DNA from: Lingula anatina
Lineage: Eukaryota > Animalia > Brachiopoda
Direction of reading: 5' to 3'
Assembly (NCBI GenBank): GCA_051362555.1
Contig: CM120640.1
Location: forward strand, 40,216,788-40,280,787
Length of the DNA: 64,000 nt
In this document: one piece after another, positions 40,901-55,073 of the stretch
Layout of the letters: every line of letters starts with the position of its first letter
Numbering within the stretch: position 1 is the stretch's first letter
Position numbers and translations under genes: made by a program
The notes under the pieces: generated by a model
Databases searched by the model: none
Seen by the model: only the letters and a program-made list of their open reading frames with translations
Told to the model about the DNA's origin: nothing

Positions 40901-43900
40901 GTTGTTGAATTTTACTGTATTTTTGGTATAATTCGAGGAATGGTTTATGTAAGTGGAATTAATCATCAACATGCAAGAACTTAAACTGTGCAAAAAGTTT
41001 ATTAAGTATAAAATATTGTTGGAAGAATGCATTAAAAAAAGTTGACAGTATAGAAAATTTTTATGCAAGTAATTTTTCTCAGTGTCAATATACACTAAAC
41101 TGGATTTTTTTCAGCTCTAGAACACTTTCAAGCCACTTGATTTGACTTTGGGTCTTATTACCTTCTAATTAAGTTCAAATTATAAAACAGTGGTATTAAA
41201 GAAACATAGCAACTGAGTTGTTTCTTTGGCCAAACCTGGTCATGGTTTTCTAAATATTGAAAATACTTTAAAAATATGTTTTTGTCATAAACGCCCTATT
41301 AGACTCCTTAGATCAGGATCATAAAGTGCACTGGCTGCCAGTTACTTCACAGAAATTTAAGCCCCAGAGTCGAACACTTGAAATAAACAAATAAATGAGT
41401 AAATGTGTCAACAAACAGTTCAGCAAAGAAGCCACACTCGAAGGTCCAAAGTCTAGGCTCTAGTTTGAATATGATGTCATATCATTTACAGCTTTGATTA
41501 TTATTTAGATTGCTGATGCAGAATATATCAGAATGTGACTCGGTGCAAGTTGTTCACTGTATAAAATGGGATAAATTTAACTGATTACTCTTTTTTTACA
41601 ACATGGTTTATAGCGTCATTGACAAATAATATGCTGCTGATGTAATTAAATAGTTTACATTATTCCAAAATGATTCTCTCAAAGTGAAAGTGAAAAAAAA
41701 GGTAACAATTTCTACATTAAAGTATTAAAGTTGACTATTTTTGACTGAAACGATTAATCAGATTAATCAAAGTGATAGTGAAATAAATGCGCAAAAGTTC
41801 AAGCTTTCAGGATGTTTAGTAAAGTTTATTGCTAATCAAGCTTTTGTTTGCTTTGATCTTGTATGAGTCAGCGAGAATAAAAAGCACTGATGTTGAGGGA
41901 CAGAGAAAAGCCAGTTTCTTGCTGTGTTCTTTGATATCTTTGATTTCCATCCTGTCGTAGCCAGGTTCTGCATTACACTACCTGTGCGGGGCTGTTCCAA
42001 TCAATTCTCCAGCTCACAGTGATTTCCTTTTGAAGTGACCAGAGTTTTAGATCCCTATTGATCTGTTCTCTCCAGGTAATGAAGAATTAGGCAAAATTAT
42101 GCCCATCACTGTAATGATTTATGAGCATGGACTTGAGATTTGCCATATGCAATTAGTTCGACTCGTTATGCCATAGATAATAGAAGGTAATCCGGGCTCT
42201 TCATTGACTGACTGACGATGAATCATTGGTCAAACTCTCATTGAAAGCAAAGAGCTTTTGGTTCTGTTTTTGGTGTATGAGTGTGTGTGTGTAAGTGTGA
42301 TCTGCTAAACTACTGGTTAATTTACACTAAATTAGACCAAAATAGGCCCAGAATTCGATGGACTAATTCAATAATGCGAAATAAGCATGCTCAGCACGAA
42401 TTAAAGTTTTCCCACGGAAATTATGGCCCTCTAGTGATCTGCTCCCGGGAACTTCAAAAGCTTACTTACTATATCACTATCACCACTGACCATTTTCTGC
42501 AATAAAAAAGGTCTGATAAATGAAATGCAGTTTATGATTCGTTTTCCCTCCAAGCCTTTGGAAAATGAATAAAAGCAGCTTTGCATTTTAAGTCTTTTCA
42601 TCACATTTTCTCTCTGAGATTGTATAAGATAATGATAATCCTACTTCTACTACTAGTTGGATTCAAGGGTTAACTGTCCTTAGCTTATCAAATGTATGTA
42701 ATATGGTATGACTCACAAGTTTATTTAACATAGAACAATGGCTTCATTGGAGATAGCATTTCCAAAGCCCCTGCCAACCACACTAAGCCTCAGATGATCC
42801 TCCGCTGACTGGCAAATAAATAAAACTATTCTATACCACCAATTCAACTTGACAGGCTTCACTATAATACATTATCAGCTGACAACACAGCCCTCCCCTT
42901 CACTGCCCCTTTAAAAAAATCTATGGCTGTATCAGTTATTGAAATCCACCAATTAGATTAATTTGTCAGTCCAGCGAGCTGGTGATTAAGTTTGGATAGT
43001 TTTCTCAAGAGCTTTAGTTTTTAATAAGATCTGCATAGCTGCATTATCGAGTTGGATTACCCCTGTCATTCATTGTCAAAGGAAGTCCAAAGCTGATGTG
43101 ATTACGAATGGATGAATTTGGTAAATCTCTGGAATTATTTTAGATGTTGGGTAAAGAAACTCGCTTGATTGGGTGCCTGATCAATATTCTGCCCTGGGGT
43201 CAAGGGTCATCAAAGTGCATTGTTTATGCATTAAATTGGTATAATTAAAAGTACTATCTAATTAGGTGATGATTGTTTTAACTTCGAATAGACTGCAACA
43301 CTAGTTAGATTGGAGGAGTTCATTTTCTCTCTCTCTCTTCCCCCCCCCCCCCCCCCAACTCATTCATTCATTCGCATTGTGCAGAAATGAAAAGAAGATA
43401 TCCTCTACCTGTACTGACTGAAGCCAGCCAAAAGTTTTCATGCACTTGGTGTTCTTGATGATTGTCAGCTCTTATCCTGATGGGAAGCTGATATTGTCAT
43501 TAAGTGGCATAATGCTAGCTCTAAAACTGTTTCACTCCAGTTAATTAGCAGTTATTTTTAATTCTGAGTAACTGACAGGAAAGAAGTAAAAGGTTGGGCC
43601 CAAGCCAGTGGAAAAGTGGAAAAATTTTCCACTCTCTAAATATTTTTTTTCTCTTTTTGTAGATTTTAATAGGAAAAATAAATCATTTTCATCAGCCACA
43701 TATGGGTCTGAAAAAACACCATGAACAAAGATGGTAAACAAGGCTGGAGATGTTTAAATTGTTAAATTTCCTGACACAGGCCTAGGGGGGATGTCCTGTA
43801 ACATGATCTTGTGAGATGACAGGCATGACCTCACTGTTACTCATATTGGGGCAGAACCTTCCATTGGACACAGTCAACACAGTGATTACCTGCTTACGGA

Positions 43901-46900
43901 GACGGTTGAATCATAACTTAAACACATCTAATGAAGAATTTTTAGGAAAGGACAACAATCCTTGCTGCAACTTGCGTGATGCGAAGGGGAGCGAAATTTG
44001 AAGTCGGAATGTTTCAAGACAAAGTTGAATCATAGTTTATGTTAAAGTGAGAAAAGATTTTGTTAAAGCAGAAGCCAGTGATTTTAAAAGGGGGAGGAGA
44101 CAGCTGGCAGAACAGCAAGACAGTTGAATCATAACTTATAATAAAAGTAATGCAGCATTGTGGAAGTAACATTTTGTGACTGTTGAGGAAGCAAGTCTGA
44201 AAGAAAAAACTCTAGGAAAGGAGGACAGCCATGGGTGGTAAGATAGCTGATTATATTTAAGTGCATGTGCCCTTAAATACGAGGTTGATAAAATTGTCTG
44301 CAATTGATAAAATTTAGATAGGGCTTTAAAAATATTTACAAGTTCCAATATTCACAATGGTAAAATAAAATTTGAATCAAACAAAAGTTACTATGCTTCC
44401 TCTTTGCAGTTTTCAAACAGTTTTCAAAGTGCATTAAATGTTTTTTGGGGAGTAAAAAAATTCATAAAGAGAAAGAAAAATTCTGTTTGTAGTTGATATG
44501 CCCCCATATATATATATACATTTAACAATCAAGAAAAAAAAAGCCATTTATATAAGTAGTTATCCTAGGTTCCTAGGTCTGTCACAATAATTTCATTGTG
44601 TTAACGAAGTCCTTTCAGAACTTCATGGCCAAACTTGGACATCCCTTTGGTGCATCTGTCATGTAAAATTCAGTTATAGACCAAATACATCTGCCACATG
44701 AAAATTGCATTGGAAATGATTATAAAGTACTTCATACTTTTTTTTCCTTGATAAATTAATTCAGAATTCCTTTGGGTAGTGTTGGTGTTGTCTTAATAGG
44801 GGAATTTCTTTTGCCAAGTGGTATTTGGGTCACCTCTGATGCAAGGTCAGTGTATAAATGGGATTTGTGTACGCCATTTGTAAGTACAGCATGTGAGTCA
44901 CCAGCTAGCGTTCACATAGCTCAAAGCTTTAAAGATATTGTGTGTAGATTCCAATCTGAATAGGGGTCTGGTTGTTGTAAAGCCTATAATACTGCACTGT
45001 GTGTCTTAAGCCCACGCAGGCTGTTGTAGGTACTTTGTCTCTGTTCAGACGTGGTGTTTGCGACACGGGCATAAGTCCAGATACATATATATATATTTTG
45101 TGTTTGTCTACTCCATGAGAGGGTGACTCAAGTTCACATGATGATAACAGGGGACTGGACACTATGGAAATCTACACCAGAGACAAACAGACATAGTTGA
45201 CTAGTTTCAATGCAGGTGGGTGAAAGTCAACATAAAATGATCATGATAAGGAAGAGTTGGGATTTCCAGGTGAGAAACTCTGCAGGCATTAAGAGCATTG
45301 ACTGAGAGCAGTAAAGGTGAGCATGCCTACTTCCCGGCTTATCACTACTATTCGCTGTAGTAAAGATTGGAAGCCAACCTTTCAAAGCAGCATGCTCTCT
45401 GTGACATTTGCCGTGACTTGTAGGTATTTACCTGAAGTTTATGAAGTCTTCAGTGTCATGCGAGGTTGACACTTACGCAAAAATGGCCCCAGGGTTATTA
45501 TTGGTCATAGAGGATTACAGGCCATCATCACTGAAAAAAGTCATGGGAGGTACCTGCTGATGTTTAGGGGCGGACCACAGGAGAGTCATATGAACATCAG
45601 GAGATCTTTGTCAGTCCCTTGACCATCTTAGTTTCCCTAGAACGCTTAACCACAGGATGAATCAAATAGCTATTGTACCAATAACTGCTTGTGAATTTTG
45701 ATAGTGAATCACATGTGTGGTATGCCTTTATGACTGTGTCCATCTGTTGTGACTTATTTGCAATATGAAAATGATAGGGAATCCGAAATGTGGTGTACTC
45801 GTATGTGGCATGATTGGAGCGTACCCCCATTGCTGCATTCGTAGTAATAGTTGTGGTTATGCTGTGAATTTGATGGGCGAAGATGATTAGAATAGCCCAA
45901 ATTAGTGATGAATAATGGGCATTTTTCCTTCCCCATTCTTTGTATCCAGAACCTTTCTCACCATATCCTCTAAATCACCCATAGTTGATGTTACATAGTA
46001 CTCTCCCGGACTTGGGGATGGATTATTCAGAACATAGGAATTTTGCTTTTCACAATACAGGTGTAGACATTGGATGTTGTTTACAGGGTTGGATATATTT
46101 TTTCCTTTTTGTGTGTGAAAGTGGGGTAAGACAGTTGCTAAATTTTTATGTGAAATGTTTGAAAATGAGCAATTTAGGGGAGGAGAAGGGATTATTCCAC
46201 CCTTATTATATAACATTTATTGTTTCATCCCTTTGTGTGCCATGAAACAAAAATGTTAGAGTGGAGAATTATAACGGTTTTAGAAATGATTTCAAGAAAA
46301 TTTTTGAATTCATATTGTCATGATGATTTATGACCATCAATTTGCTTTCTCTTGAAATAAGAATATTTTCTTTGTTTTTTAATTCCATGACGATTGCTAG
46401 ATAAAAAAAATAATAAAATAGAGAAAGTGACTATAGCTCGAATTGCACTTTCACAAAGTGCTTAAGAAGTCTTTATGTATATATAATACTCTTTGAAGTG
46501 GTATAATGTCCTGTTTATGACCTTTTATAAAAATTAGCTTTAAAGAAGTGTAGAGTTTCTCTTAGAAAAGATGAATCATAATGCCCCCTGCCAAGAGAAA
46601 TAGAGTAGTCGGATACAGGGGATTGTGTATGAAGTACTACAGGGTGCGTACTAGGGATTGTCGGACAAACAGCCTTGCAGTAGACCTGTTGATGTAATTA
46701 GAGAACTGCTCTCAAATAAATGTCACAGTTTTGAAATATTCTGTCAGATCAGTTATTTTGAGTGGCACTTACATAAGGTCAGATCACTGATGATGGGATA
46801 TAGGACAAACTGGCCGATAAAAAAAAAACGTGCATTGTGAATATCATTGCATCACTTTACTCATTTATTTATTTGTTGTCAGCAGCTTTCGTAAATTTAA

Positions 46901-49900
46901 TGAACAATGCTTTTTCTTCAAGGTGTCAGTATTGATTATATTAATGGGAATAATAAGAACTTGTATTGGAGGTGCTAATAGAGATCTTACAAGGTATGTT
47001 GTCTCTCTGGCAGCTAGGCTGTGGAATCAGATGCTTCAAGCAGCATCGGCCACAGGTGCCTGGTCATCTGAGGTGGTAATAGTGAGACAAGGATACAGAA
47101 ATCAATATTTGTGAGTCTTGAAACCATTATGCATCAATATAATATATATCAAACATTTTTTTCTTTATTTTTATTTTTATCTTTTTTTAGGCGGCTTTCT
47201 GGAATTCCAGGCCACGTTCCCTGCACTATGTGAGAGCAAATCGGTGGACCACAAGGGAATTCATGCCTCACTGACCTCCATGTCGCAGCCCTGCTTACCG
47301 GTCAGCAACGTAGGACCGACCAGAATCCTGCCCTTCCTCTACCTTGGCTCCCAGAATGACGCACTAAGCCAGGAAACAATGCAGGTAAGTGGATAATGGG
47401 GGTTTGATATTTGGGGATGGGGGGGGAGGTATGTGAAAGGTTAACATGGGGATATGGTGCTTAAAGGATTGCTGCTGTGATAGATGTGCAACATGCTTTG
47501 TAGAAAACAAAAATGGGATATTTAAGAAAAATATCAGGCAAAATATATTGATGTTGTAATATTACTTTCAGGTACTTGATTTTTTTATCTTTTGGCATAG
47601 TTCATTAATCCTTGACATTTGGATACTAATGATGAAGCAAAAAGCCTCAGATCACAAAATGTCATTTTGTCTAACTTTATCTTTTTTTCCTTTTAGAAAA
47701 ATGGGATAAACTATGTCCTGAACGTTAGCTTGAACTGTCCAAAACCACCCTTCATCCAAGAGGGACATTTCATACGCATTCCAGTCAATGATAACTACAG
47801 TGCTAAGCTGTTACCACATTTTCATAAAGCATTCCAATATCTAGGTAAGTTTAGAAAAACAAGCAAACAGTTTTTACAGTTTAAAAAACATGCGGATATT
47901 GTCAAAGGTACCAATTATCTTTAGAGTTGCTTGTTAATATGTTTGTGGTTTTGTTGGGGCACTTATGGTGTGTCTGTGATCATTCTAACTGAATTTTTAT
48001 TATAATTATGAAGAAAACGAAATTGGATGTTTTAATTTTTGAGAAATCCTGGGGCTCTTCAGGAAAAATGCAGATCCAAAACTAATTCTTATTTCCTTGC
48101 AAACTGTTGCTCATTAAGTGAGCTGCTTAAGTTACTATTAGAGTCTCTCAATCAATGAAGTTGCATGCTTAAAAACTCCAGCATCAATGTGACATTGATT
48201 GGTTACTCAAATATTTTGAATACTGTATTGATTAATTGTCCGTTTCCCCACTAGAAACCCTTTCAAGCATTGTTTGCTTTTGTTTCTACTCTTTTTCTTG
48301 TGTAATGAGATGTAGTTCCGTAGTCTCATTCACACGCCAGTCATATTCTGCAGACTTTAGAAAATCCAGCCAGGCCTGCCTATGCTAACATTTTAACAAC
48401 AAGTTCATGTACATCTCAATTTAGGTAATGACGCCAGAAAGTCGTATCAATTAAGGGTGGCTACAAAGAAATTCTAGATAAATGGTGAAATCCGTGCATT
48501 TCTCTCTCGCTGGAGTCCTGGGATAAACACAATCGGTCTCTTGGTAATACTCTGGTGAAATGGACTTCAGAGAATAGGGAATCTGTGTTTTAGAATTTCT
48601 GTTTGCTAAAACTTTTATCTGGCTTTGATGGGTGTTTAAGCACGGAATTGACTGGCGTCTGAAAAATTATTCACGGAAAATTGATTTGAATGAAGTCAAC
48701 TCTGTGAAATTAAGTGGAAAGCTTATTGGATCACTTTGAAAAGAATCATTAGAAGCTGGACATTTTGAAAAGAGACAACTGCTTTTCAAGTAGTTGGTCT
48801 GTAGAGTGATTAATGCAATTTTTACTTTCACTTCATTTAAGAGGTATGCACATTTTCCTGACTCTTAACATTTAGAAATTATGTTTAAGTCACTTGTAAC
48901 TGCCAGGTTTTACCTTCTGATTGCTGAATCAAATGTGTTTCTTCTTCTTGGAGGGTGATAGTAGTACCATTGGAGGGTATTTCATGTCTTTTAGACCACC
49001 AAATACTAGCTTAGAAATTGAAAGTCTGAAAAGTATTTTTCGAGATTGTATGCCATTCGTGTTCAATGTTATGAAGTTCAGGAGTAAATTGAGTCATGAT
49101 TTCCTACGTGGACGATGGATTTTTTCCATATAGAGGAATTTTATTCAGGGATAAAGGAAGAAAGAAACAACTATCTAGGCTATCCATAAAGATAATCCTT
49201 GGACAAAACAGGATTATTTTCAAAGTTGACTTTGGCTTTGTACTATCTTCACAATGACCATGTATTTACTCGATTTCCTGAATAAAAGATAGCCTAGGTG
49301 CTGCGACTTATCCTATTACAGTGGGTTTTATTGACTGTAAAGCTAAAGGTATGAGTTTCTGGGCCTCATGCTCTGGTCATTTCCTGCACATCTTTCATAA
49401 AGAAAAGCCTTTTGTGGTCTCATAAAATGATAGGCAAAACGCTTTCCTTGAAGTGTTTTCTAGGATATTGCATTGTGTCACTTGAAACCGTTGCTGTAAT
49501 GAAGTCTAAAGCATATTGATGATGAGCTCCAGTTTGTGTCATTTCTTGTCAAAGCACAGGATGTAGTGAAATGACAAGGAAATAATGCTGAATACATACC
49601 TGGGCATGGGTCATATCAGCTAATTGCGTTGAATGCTGTAATTTTGAATCATTACCCAATGATGGATGGATTTTTTTGTGTTTGATGAGAAAGTTATCAA
49701 AAATCCATTCATGAAATCTGTCACATCCGTCAACCTATCACCTATCACTCTGGGGTTTTTTTTGTTCACAAACCAGATGGCTGTGATTAGTCACTTCCAA
49801 GATGCTTGCACTTTCTTTCCAACTCTTCTGGCATTTTCTGTACTAGAATATTGTTTATGTATCATGACTACAGGATTAAACAAGAAGTAAAGAAGAAAGA

Positions 49901-52114
49901 AATTTAAACATGCAAGTCTGCCATTATGAGTAACAAAACCTTCGGTATTGGGTTGAATTTTATGAAGCAGATTAGGATGAGAAATGATGCTCAAATCCCA
50001 ATGGTTTATTTCAGATAAGGTGCGTGAGGCCAATGGCTGTGTTCTGGTCCACTGTCTGGCTGGCATATCGCGATCACCTACTCTAGCAATAGCCTACATT
50101 ATGCAGCACTATTCTATGACATCAGAAGAAGCTTACAGGTCAGTTTATCGTTGCCTGTGTTTTTCTATTGGTCTGATTAGTAAAAACGGACAAAATTTGA
50201 AATAAAAAGAAAATGTTTATCGTAATTTTTGATTGTTTTAAAATTTGTTAATTTTTTTGTAGTGCACTTTAACTACCAAAAATGTTTGCCAACTTGTATT
50301 AATTTTTAGCAATGCACTTTACATACCAAATATGTATGCAGCAAAAACATTATGGTACTTTTCTTTATCAGTTTTTTTCATCAGAAAGTGTTTGAGTAGT
50401 TTGAAGTCCATATGTAGAGGGGACAAGCACGTGGAGATATATTTATCATTTTATCCCAGTGATTTATTGTGAAGCATGGGCTGTGAATGGAGTGTAGTAA
50501 ACTTGATTTAAAAGAAAGAAAGAAAGAAATATGGATACCTCTTGTTAACTTCTTTTAAACATTTCATTTATTTAAATCTTCAGGTATGTGAAGGACAAGA
50601 GACCAACCATCTCACCAAATTTCAATTTTCTCGGTCAGCTGTTGGAATATGAGAAGCAGATGAAAAGATACTGTTCCCCTCTGGTGACACCATTACCCTT
50701 TCCACCCACTGCCACGCCTACCCCTACCAACCAGGATAGTCCGCTCAGCTGGCCAAACCCTAAGACATCCCCCTTCAGCACCATACAAGAGTCTAGTTCT
50801 TTGAATGCCCAATCTCCAACAACTGCTTTGGCAAAACTGAACTTTGATCAGCCGCTTACTCCAGAGGCTGCTCCTTCTAAATCATCGGAGACCTCTGTAT
50901 CGCCATTTTTTCCTCCAACAAGGACTCAGTTGCCAAGTCCAAAGATACCCGCTTTCAAAAGTGCAACTCTACCTGCATCGATCGGATGTAGTCTCAGGGA
51001 GCGTCTCAGCTTAACGCGGGTACAGAAGAGGTCCTCATCGCCTGCCTCAACGTCATTTGGTTCTAAAACTGCAGATGATCTGTCGATTGGACATGTCCCT
51101 AGCTCAGACATGATATCCTCTTTTCCCACAACATCTTTAGATCAACTGAACTTTACTCCCTGTTTTGCTCTGGATGAAAGCAAGTCCAAGACCTCAGGAA
51201 TCAAGAGACCTCATAGCACAAATACTGGGATCTCACAATTACAGACCGTAGAATCAAAGTCTGAATCAGGAAGTGTAACAGGTAAAAGATCCTGGGGTGT
51301 GGGAATGACAGAAAGTACTACACCAAAGGAGTCAGTGTCACATGCTTCAGGGACAGACAGAACGACAATAGCAGCTAATCCATCCAGATCAAATTCAAAT
51401 AATACAAGTCCAGGCCTCAAAACTACAGGCACCAAGCGACCTCTAGATTTTGGGAAACCTCTGGAAAGCACACATGTCAGTGGCACCAAGAGTCCCACTG
51501 CTCCTACTCCTATGTCCCCTTCTTTAATAAACACAGGGGACTCCCAGGTGAAACTGAGATCACCTGAGAATCGTGCAAAGAGACAGCTAGTCAGGCCTAA
51601 CAGCATTGCTTTCTCCACATACCCTAGTTTTGATTTAGGCTGTAATGGAAGCGATTCCTCAACTTCAAACAGCCCCGATACGAAGGCACCAAAAAGTAGT
51701 AATATGGACATGGAAACATGCAAAAAGAAACTATTATTAGAAAGCAAGAAATACACTAATGGTGCCAGTACAATGCAGACTTTTGCATCTAATGTGGCCC
51801 TGGAGACAGTGTTGGGAAAAAGCAGGCTCTTTGAGCACTGCCGCAAGTCGCGCAGCTTGGATGACATTCTCAGCTCGCCAGAGGATGAGAGGAAGCACGC
51901 ATCATGCGGTTGTATAAAGAAAAAAATGAGCAAAAGCTCTCTTCTTAAAAGTGCAATGGTTGCTGATCTATTTCCCCAGACAATGGGACTCGAGCATGTG
52001 CAATGCAGGTGCAGGGGGGCGTCAGACCCCCACCACCAATCAAATAGTAGCATCTCCTCCAGCAGCAGTCATAACTCGCTGCATGGTAGTGTAGAAATAA
52101 TACAGGTTTCTTAA
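32449..52114 (+). CDS. DUSP16: Dual-specificity MAP kinase phosphatase, DUSP8/DUSP16 (MKP-7) type, ~788 aa
   Basis: Exons 32449-32532, 35330-35440, 40092-40266, 47191-47384, 47697-47844, 50015-50138, 50584-52114 are phase consistent. Rhodanese/KIM domain (IIDSRSFLEYN...KLVKRRLQQDK), GPTRILPFLYLGSQ, catalytic VHCLAGISRS, ISPNFNFLGQL, and a long Ser/Pro tail ending GSVEIIQVS like DUSP8/16. Confidence 0.95.
37884..37939. repeat. (TG)n microsatellite
   Basis: About 28 uninterrupted TG units, followed by TG-rich degenerate sequence. Confidence 0.95.
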
Positions 52115-54405
52115 CATGTCACTTTCTTTTACTATTTGTGTTACATCTCAGGAATGTATATGCTTTTATGCCACAACCACAGGCATTCAAAAAAGAGTAA
52201 AAAAATGTGTAAATGGGTCAAAATTTTACCTTTGTTGCTGTTCACATTTGCTATTTAGGACTATCAAATCAGCACTGCAGGAAGAAAGTGACAATCATGT
52301 CTACAAGAAAGAAGAAGACTGAATTAGATCCCTTGACTTTTTCAAGCTTAGTGCTGTGGCATATAAGCATATTACTGATACACCTCATCAGCTGTAATTA
52401 TTGTGAAATTGATACCACTCCCCCACATTGTACATAACATCACTCTTTATCAATTATATACATATATCTTTATAAATTATTGAACAGTAAGTGTGCAGCT
52501 TAAATAAGAGTGACTGCCTTCATGAATGAAATTCATTTCAATTCTTGAATGTTTACAGGTATGTTTGTGTGGCATCAAATCCACATTTTTTCATTTCCTT
52601 CTACTTTTCCAATTATTGAATGCAGTAGGCACTTGTACATTTATACATTGGTTTGTAAAGATTCCAGATTAGTTGTTTCAGTGAAATGATAAGCATTGGT
52701 GCTCTCTGAGCATATAAGTTTAAGGATGGTGGAATTGGAAGGGACCATATACATTTATACATACTAGTATCAGTTGCATTGCTCCCAAGACCAAGAGGTT
52801 TGGCTTGAACAATGCACTTAATTTGTGTATGGGTATTTCAATATATCCAAGCATGAAGTAAATGTGGGAGCAGAATAGAGACAGGAGACAGAAATGAATG
52901 GATCTTGTAAATACACCACCATGGCACTGTTGGTTAGAACAGATGCACAAGATACTACTAGGGATTAGAAATTTTATTTCCCATTCATATTTTCCCTTAT
53001 TTTGAAAAGTTGCAATATATATTGGTGTGTTTTGATTGAAAGTAAGGAGACACCATGCAATGTACTCTCCTCAGAAATGTTCCAATTTCGAGAAGAATTG
53101 CACAACAAGCAGGGAATGAATATATTTGTGGCACAGAATTGATTTATCATGTTCTTCACTTCTGGAGAAAAATTTTTTCCAGTAGGAAGTCAATGATAAC
53201 ATTCTATTGTTTGCTAAAGAAGATTCAACTGGAATCTTTTTGTCATATATTACTTTCAAAGGTTATTTTATTATGAGATATATATATATATATGTATACA
53301 TATACTGAAGAACAGTTTTTTTCAGTAAATATTGTATGGTTGAATGGGTGATTCAAGTGAGATCTTGAAAGATTTATAAAGCCAAGTTGTCAAGGGCAGT
53401 AATTATTTAACTAGATATGCATATAACACTGGTATACCTCAGTCTAGGTGATAACATGTACAAAGAATTCCACGTTTAACTCCTCAGATTTGTTGTGTTG
53501 GTGAATATTCCTTCAAAGAAAAAAATTTAATTGTTGTATATTTTCTTGTGAATAATCCCACTTTGAACCCGAAAAAAACTGTATTCCAAGTGTTGTTTTC
53601 CACCCTCTGTGTGTGTTGTGGAGATACAGCTGCATGGCTGGGCTGCACTAGACAATTGTGATGATTAGCTGTTACCGCCTTTTAAGCAATAATTACAATA
53701 TATGTGATACAGAACCTGAGGGTAATAGAAAGTTAATGATTGAAATACTGTCACAGGCATAGAATACACTCAGGTATAAGGATGCGTAGGAGCTTCTTAG
53801 AAAAACACAAGAGTGGCAGTTTGCTATAGTCAGATGTAGTTTGTGTGGCTTCAATTTCATGCATGGTATTCAGAATTAATTTTTTTTCATATGTTTTGAT
53901 TGCAATTTCAGAGAACACTTGGCTTAGTCATCATTATGTTACTTTTCTTTTTAAAGTGCTTTCTTTATATTTATTGTTAGCTAGATATTGTAACAATAGT
54001 ACCGTAATTTCATTTTTAATCCCAACCAATAGTAATGTAGATGGTTCATATCTGACTTGGATTTTTCTTAAGAATTTTTTTCTGGGAAGGTTAATGTTAA
54101 AAAGAAACAAACATTTTAGTATGTTTAGTGTGAGAAGACCAGTGTATTTCCATTTAGTTAGTGTAGTTGGCCATTACAAGCTGCATGCAGGTGTGTGTAA
54201 ATCTCTTCAGTTGCAACTTGAACATAGAGACTAAATTCTGTATCATTGCAAACACAATTTTTCTCATACAACAATTGAATTGTAGTATCAATTTTCTGTT
54301 CAACTGGATGTGATATGTGTGGATGAATAGTTGATATCTTGTGGTTTATTCAATTTTCCATTTCTCTTTTGTCAGTGGTGTAAATTTTTGTGATATATTG
54401 TGCCG

Positions 54406-54411
54406 AATAAA
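54406..54411 (+). terminator. Candidate polyadenylation signal of the DUSP gene (~2.3-kb 3' UTR)
   Basis: AATAAA at the end of the T/G-rich 3' UTR-like tract, just before the GTPBP3 upstream region. Confidence 0.35.
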
Positions 54412-54719
54412 TTGTTAAAATGATGCATATATTTCTTGTTGATAACAAAGCGATTTGGTCTCCGACTTTATTTCATAATAATAATTTTATTGCTATTTTT
54501 GCTAATAATGTTTAACAAAAATTAATTAAAAAGAATATTCTTTTATGTGTAATAAGGTATACCATCCGTGTTTGAAAATGCCCCAAAGTCATAATTTTCA
54601 TTTGTATGTATCCTGCAAAGATGGTGGTCTTATCCAATTCAGACCTTAAAAACTATCAAACCCCTCAAATGTACCTGATGTAGAATTATAACTTTTGAAA
54701 CACACACATGCCAGTCTTA

Positions 54720-55006
54720 GGCCCCATTCAGAAAGGATGTTCGGAGTACTTACTGCTCTGTTGACTAAATATGTCCGACCACAGACCAAAAAGCAATGCC
54801 GCTGATTCCTGATGGTCTCGCCTCCACGCGCACCGTTGCTGCAGGGGCCTAGCAATTAAACCCAGGAGTAGAGATTTAATCCATTTGAAGGCGCAAGTGA
54901 AGGGGGTGAGAGCATCAAGGGATTAAGCAGCTTCCTTTGATGAGGGGTTGGCCATATTTAGTCGGCGGATCAGTAAGTACTCGGATCATCCATTCTGAAT
55001 AGGGCC
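54720..55006. mobile_element. PIF/Harbinger (Tourist-like) MITE, family B, 287 bp
   Basis: ~55-bp imperfect TIRs (GGCCCCATTCAGAAAGGATGTTCGGAGTACTTACTG...GACTAAATATG / CATATTTAGTC...CAGTAAGTACTCGGATCATCCATTCTGAATAGGGCC) with a TTA TSD at 54717-54719 and 55007-55009. Confidence 0.85.
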
Positions 55007-55073
55007 TTAGTGACAGGCCAGTCATTTAAAACTAATATGCATAATAAGTAATAGTATGAAATGTGGAGTCCAA

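Noticed and set aside
51211-52053. 280-aa antisense ORF
   Set aside because: It lies wholly opposite the Ser/Thr-rich last exon of the DUSP gene, has no ATG start and no recognisable domain: a shadow ORF.
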